Shown: positions 61,700 through 64,000 of the stretch, one piece after another
Layout of the letters: every line of letters begins with the position of its first letter
Numbering within the stretch: the stretch's first letter is position 1
Assembly (NCBI GenBank): GCA_002269645.1
Contig: NIVC01002193.1
Coordinates: 124,001 to 188,000, forward strand
Source of the DNA: Macrostomum lignano
Taxonomy: Eukaryota
Direction of reading: 5' to 3'
Length of the DNA stretch: 64,000 nt
Made by a program: the position numbers and the translations under genes
Notes under the pieces: model-generated
Databases searched by the model: none
Seen by the model: the letters and a program-made list of their open reading frames with translations, nothing else
Told to the model about the DNA's origin: nothing

Positions 61700-63606
61700 C
61701 ACCCATCATTCATCCGGAAAAATGGAGAAATCTGAGACCGAAATCGTGGACGATTTTATCCAGCCTCGACAGGCCAGCCCAAGCTCTCGATATTCCGATT
61801 CGAAATTCGAGATTCGACAGGAAGCTATAAAGATCCCAGTCGCATAAATCCGTGTGGGATTAGCAGCATCCACCGCCGCTGGTACAGTATAAGCCATTAG
61901 CAAAGTGCCCCACCCATCACTTCATTCTCTCTCCCTCCTGTTTCTCTCTCTGTCCGTCTGAGCGCTCCCTCCAGCGCCACTATTGGCCCATCCGTAGACA
62001 CTGTTGCCGTTGGGAGGGGCCGCCGGCCTGCGCCACTGGCAAGTTTTTGGGCACGGCGCACGGCGCTAAGGTTGGTCGGGCAACACGGATGAAAGGGAGC
62101 GAGCATGCAGAGGCTGAGAGAGAGGGGGGAGGGAGAATAAAACCGGGCGTGGTTCGAGAGATCGCGATGAGGCTCTGAGCATCTGAAACGCTCACACGAG
62201 CCACTCTGGATGCTCATCTATACTGACGCTGCGGAGATTAAGGAGCCAAACTGGTACGATATCCCCGGATTCATCTCAAGAATCTTGAGCAGTATCATCC
62301 CGGATAGCACGAGAAGACAGGGCAGCCAGCAACAATGGAGACTCAATCGGGCAGCAGCGTAGGCGGAGTCTCTGGAGCTTCGGCTGAGTGAGTTCAATGA
62401 TACAGAATCCCCATGGAACAGTGTGTATGAGCAGTTCAATGATACAGAATCCCCATGGAACAGTGTGTATGAGCAGTTCAATGATACAGAATCCCCATGG
62501 AACAGTGTGTATGAGCAGTTAAATGATACAAAATCCCCATGGAACAGTGTGTATGAGCAGTTCAATGATACAGAATCCCCATGGAACAGTGTGTATGAGC
62601 AGTTCAATGATACAGAATCCCCATGGAACAGTGTGTATGAGCAGTTCAATGATACAGAATCCCCATGGAACAGTGTGTATGAGCAGTTCAATGATACAGA
62701 ATCCCCATGGAACAGTGTGTATGAGCAGTTCAATGATACAGAATCCCCATGGAACAGTGTGTATGAGCAGTTCAATGATACAGAATCCCCATAGAACAGT
62801 GTGTATGAGCAGTTCAATGATACAGAATCCCCATAGAACAGTGTGTATGAGCAGTTCAATGATACAGAATCCCCATAGAACAGTGTGTATGAGCAGTTCA
62901 ATGATACAGAATCCCCATAGAACAGTGTGTATGAGCAGTTCAATGATACAGAATCCCCATAGAACAGTGTGTATGAGCAGTTCAATGATACAGAATCCCC
63001 ATAGAACAGTGTGTATGAGCAGTTCAATGATACAGAATCCCCATAGAACAGTGTGTATGAGCAGTTCAATGATACAGAATCCCCATAGAACAGTGTGTAT
63101 GAGCAGTTCAATGATACAGAATCCCCATAGAACAGTGTGCATGAGCAGTTCAATGATACAGAATCGCAGTGAGCTGGTGCAGAACCGAATAGCATAAACA
63201 ACTAACAGATATATAAATTCCCTGGAAACCGCGTCACGCCCACACGCTTGCAGGAGCGGTGACACCGAGGAGGTGCTCAGCATGCGGAGCAGCCGCCTAG
63301 AATGCCTCACCGCCGGGCTGGTGCTCGCAGACCTGGCGCTCGTGACCCACCAGCTCGCACTGGATGCCTCCAGCGGCGAGTCCTCTGGAAATAAAAACTG
63401 TAAGAATTACAGTTGGTGCAAGAAGGAAACCAACAGTTAGAATTGATTAAAATAATCCATTTCAATATTTCGGGACAAAAATGATTTCCAGATACGGTCA
63501 CTGCTCCACCGAAATGGCAACAGGGCAGGAATCAGTTTTTCACGGCTGTTCTCATATTCAGCGTAATCTTCGTCATTGAGGTGAGTACATTCGTTTGTCG
63601 TCATGC
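61700..63606 (-). pseudogene. Possible degraded or mis-assembled gene with LRR-like fragments
   Basis: GC-balanced exon-like blocks with acceptors, and fragments PKLQRLRLRCCPI, LLNLRSVSI and SHTDLCDWDL, but in different frames with stops. No coherent model. Confidence 0.25.
62390..63165. repeat. 42-bp minisatellite in two homogeneous halves
   Basis: GAGCAGTTCAATGATACAGAATCCCCAT(G/A)GAACAGTGTGTAT; 9 G-variant copies followed by 9 A-variant copies. Confidence 0.97.
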
Positions 63607-63804
63607 TTTCACGTTTCCGCCTCTTATATATAAAAATATTGTTTTGTAGAGCGTCTGGCGAAATGGCAGAAATCTGATGAAACATCGACGGCTGCTTGCT
63701 TTGGATGTGAGACTTGGATTTGACGACAAATATGCTATTATTCGAATCCTAATTCAAACTTTTACCATGTTAAACAAAACCTCAGCTGATAAGCAAGCCC
63801 TCAC

Positions 63805-64000
63805 TCCTCCACCCACCTCACGCCTCCATCTACCTCACTAATCCAACCACTTCACTTCTCCACCCACCTCACTCCTCCACCCACTTCACTCCTCCGCCCA
63901 CCTCACTCCTCCGCCCACCATACTCCTCCGCCCACGTCACTCCTCCAACCACCTCACTAACCCATCCACCTCACTCCTCCACACACCTCACTCCTCCGCC
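63805..64000. repeat. 17-bp minisatellite CCACCTCACTCCTCCGC (runs off the window)
   Basis: Reverse complement of the 50620-50990 unit. Confidence 0.85.

Noticed and set aside
62218-63310. ORFs SVSLNCSYTLFYGD / FCIIELLIHTVLWG
   Set aside because: Products of the 42-bp array.
191-64000. Enrichment of minisatellite periods divisible by three
   Set aside because: About as many arrays have periods of 13, 17, 20, 22, 23, 29, 31, 32 or 34 bp, so no enrichment is evident.

Overview
Eukaryotic (invertebrate) genomic DNA. It has GT-AG introns, GC-rich exons and AT-rich introns, and about 25 unrelated mini/microsatellite arrays. This style resembles free-living flatworm (Macrostomum-type) assemblies, but the species is an inference only. 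Genes recognisable from hand-spliced models: CK2 beta (-, one single-base frameshift), TRAM/TRAM1 (-, 5 exons), soluble inorganic pyrophosphatase (+, 2 exons) and CFAP58/CCDC147 (-, 6 exons, one single-base frameshift near the C-terminus). Uncharacterised coding sequence: a long + strand locus at 30.4-45.2 kb (one or two genes, with a 31-copy ATEATK coding repeat and a C-terminal EF-hand-like domain), an intronless secreted PAN + C-type lectin, a small single-pass membrane protein, and an orphan low-complexity exon. Mobile DNA: a 5'-truncated RT-RNase H LINE embedded in a (CAA)n tract, an RTE-like 3' remnant tail-to-tail with it, a tRNA-derived SINE family, two hAT-type MITEs with 8-bp target duplications, a foldback MITE flanked by TA, and Helitron-like termini. 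The most intriguing signals are the RFX/X-box-rich uncharacterised locus (including an intronic array of RFX half-sites), the microsatellite-embedded RNase H LINE, and AG acceptors immediately before several start codons in closely spaced same-strand genes (possible SL trans-splicing or operons). Most ORFs in the supplied track are tandem-repeat or antisense artefacts. All exon models were derived by eye and no database searches were run.
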